A stretch of DNA of 63,394 nt, counting the filler, from Choristocarpus tenellus KU-1152 (taxonomy: Eukaryota; Protista; Phaeophyceae), in the NCBI GenBank assembly GCA_964200185.2. It is 9 parts of 9 records of this genome, joined end to end, with 100 filler letters (N's around TTAATTAATTAA, not from the genome) between each part and the next. Parts side by side here need not be neighbours in the genome. Positions count along the whole stretch, not along the records: positions 54,628 to 63,394 come from CAXNAD020004348.1; 8 more parts are not named here. The stretch is one strand, 5' to 3'. This document shows, one piece after another, positions 62,240 to 63,394 of the stretch; position 1 is the first letter of the stretch, and each line of letters begins with the position of its first letter. The translations under genes and the position numbers were made by a program. A model generated the notes under the pieces. That model had not been told where the DNA came from. It saw nothing but the letters and a program-made list of their open reading frames with translations, and searched no databases.

Positions 62240-63235
62240 ACAGAGAGGGGAAACAGTTTGGATGTTGTGAGCATCAGAAGTGGGGCGAGCCGGAGGTCCG
62301 ATTCTTCGGAGAGCTTGGGGTCAGGCGCACATATTGTTCGCCCTACGACAAAGAAATCAAGAACCCAACCACCGAAACTATTGGGAAACTTGGACTATCA
62401 AGACTGGCGGAGAGGCATTTCATCGTGCATTGCAGATAAACCCACTGCTTGAGTGCGTTGACAAGTGAAAGACCAGTCAATCAAGAACGCTCCTAAGAGG
62501 AACTTCTCTCGGACGACTTCAGTGCAAATGATATCTGGATGGCCGAAGAGGCCTGCCATGCACTTACTGTTGCTCTTGTCACATCCACCACCAGGGCACA
62601 GTGCTATTCACGCCAAAGCCCGAGCGAGCTTCTCCGAGCAATAGATGATTGGTTCATGCCTAATACAGTGGGTAATAGCTAACATTTGTTCCGTGAGTTT
62701 CACTTGAAAGGTGGAGAAGGGGGCGAATCCGATCCTGACCTTAAACCACTAAGAAGAGCTACGGGGGAGGATGCTGTCTATGGACCTGATCATCTCGGAC
62801 AAGCTGCTGCTCCTACAGTTCCTGAGTGCTCTCGGATCAGATTACGATACCGAGATACGCATGATGCCCTCGCAGAGAACACTATGTCGAGCAGATGTAG
62901 AGAAACCTGCCATAGAGCGATATGCTTCCCTTCATCAGGGGAAGGACTCAAGACACAAGAACAGCCACGCTTTGGTTTTCAACAGCTCATCACAAGGGAA
63001 GAGTCAGTCTCATCGCAACGGCCAAGGTCGCGGGGTCGAACGTAATTTAATGGTGGAAGAAAGAACAATGGTTCTAATTCCAACCCTAAACATTCCGAGA
63101 AGATTCCTTGTGAGAGATGTGGAAAGCATGGACATGAGAAGACAGCTTGCCCAAAACGCATTTGCACCAAGTGTGGTGGACGTGCCCATGATGCTACAAC
63201 ATATACTTCGGTGTTCTTGACTACGGTGCAGTCTG
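62240..63235 (+). mobile_element. Degenerate Ty1/Copia gag remnant
   Basis: Frameshifted gag-like peptides PPKLLGNLDYQDWRR and SDKLLLLQFLSALGSDYDTEIRMM..AIERYASL, a GQGRG basic stretch, and a decayed zinc knuckle CTKCGGRAHDATTY (about 63163-63207). Confidence 0.65.
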
Positions 63236-63394
63236 GGAAGGAGAAGAGATCGAGACCGAGGCGAATCCTTACCACATTGCTGTGGAAAGCATCACCACCT
63301 GCGGTGACAACGAACGATACGCACTACTGGCCGCCACTGTTAAAACATGGGCTACTCATTTGTTTCTTGTTGATATGATACACAATACTACCAG

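Noticed and set aside
1-63394. tRNA, rRNA or structured ncRNA genes
   Set aside because: No recognisable cloverleaf or rRNA signature by eye; tRNAscan-SE and Infernal would be needed to exclude them.

Overview
Eukaryotic, intron-rich, repeat-rich DNA, not prokaryotic. The window is nine unrelated contigs joined by 100-bp artificial spacers (N44-TTAATTAATTAA-N44), so adjacency across spacers means nothing. Short exons, GT-AG introns of about 0.1-1.5 kb, TTAGGG repeats, a WSC-domain protein and a receiver-domain protein suggest a stramenopile, probably a brown alga (inference). Most ORF-track entries are spurious; real genes appear only after manual splicing. Genes reconstructed: (1) UNC119 (minus, 5 exons, last exon outside the window); (2) a Shewanella-like PPP phosphatase (minus, 3'-truncated) head-to-head with (3) an FN3 + carbohydrate-binding-module-like + C2 protein (plus, 3'-truncated); (4) a complete 2-exon phloem-protein-2 (PP2/Nictaba)-like lectin with a C-terminal F-box/SOCS-like motif; (5) a complete 16-exon, 739-aa secreted HHIP/HIPL1-like protein (Cys-rich N-domain, glucose/sorbosone-dehydrogenase propeller, WSC, two tandem cystine-knot motifs); (6) a low-complexity hypothetical gene; (7) a response-regulator receiver-domain gene with a GC-AG intron. 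Repeats include a MITE family with CCAAAGTATCT...AGATACTTTGG termini and poly-G/C tracts sitting at 7 of 16 contig ends, many short interstitial TTAGGG tracts, a retroposon 3' end with variable microsatellite tails, a 127-bp satellite, and Copia, Gypsy-like, RTE and mariner remnants. No multi-gene novel system can be supported. The best leads are the unusual domain architectures (4), (5) and (3). All family calls are from motif recognition, not database searches.
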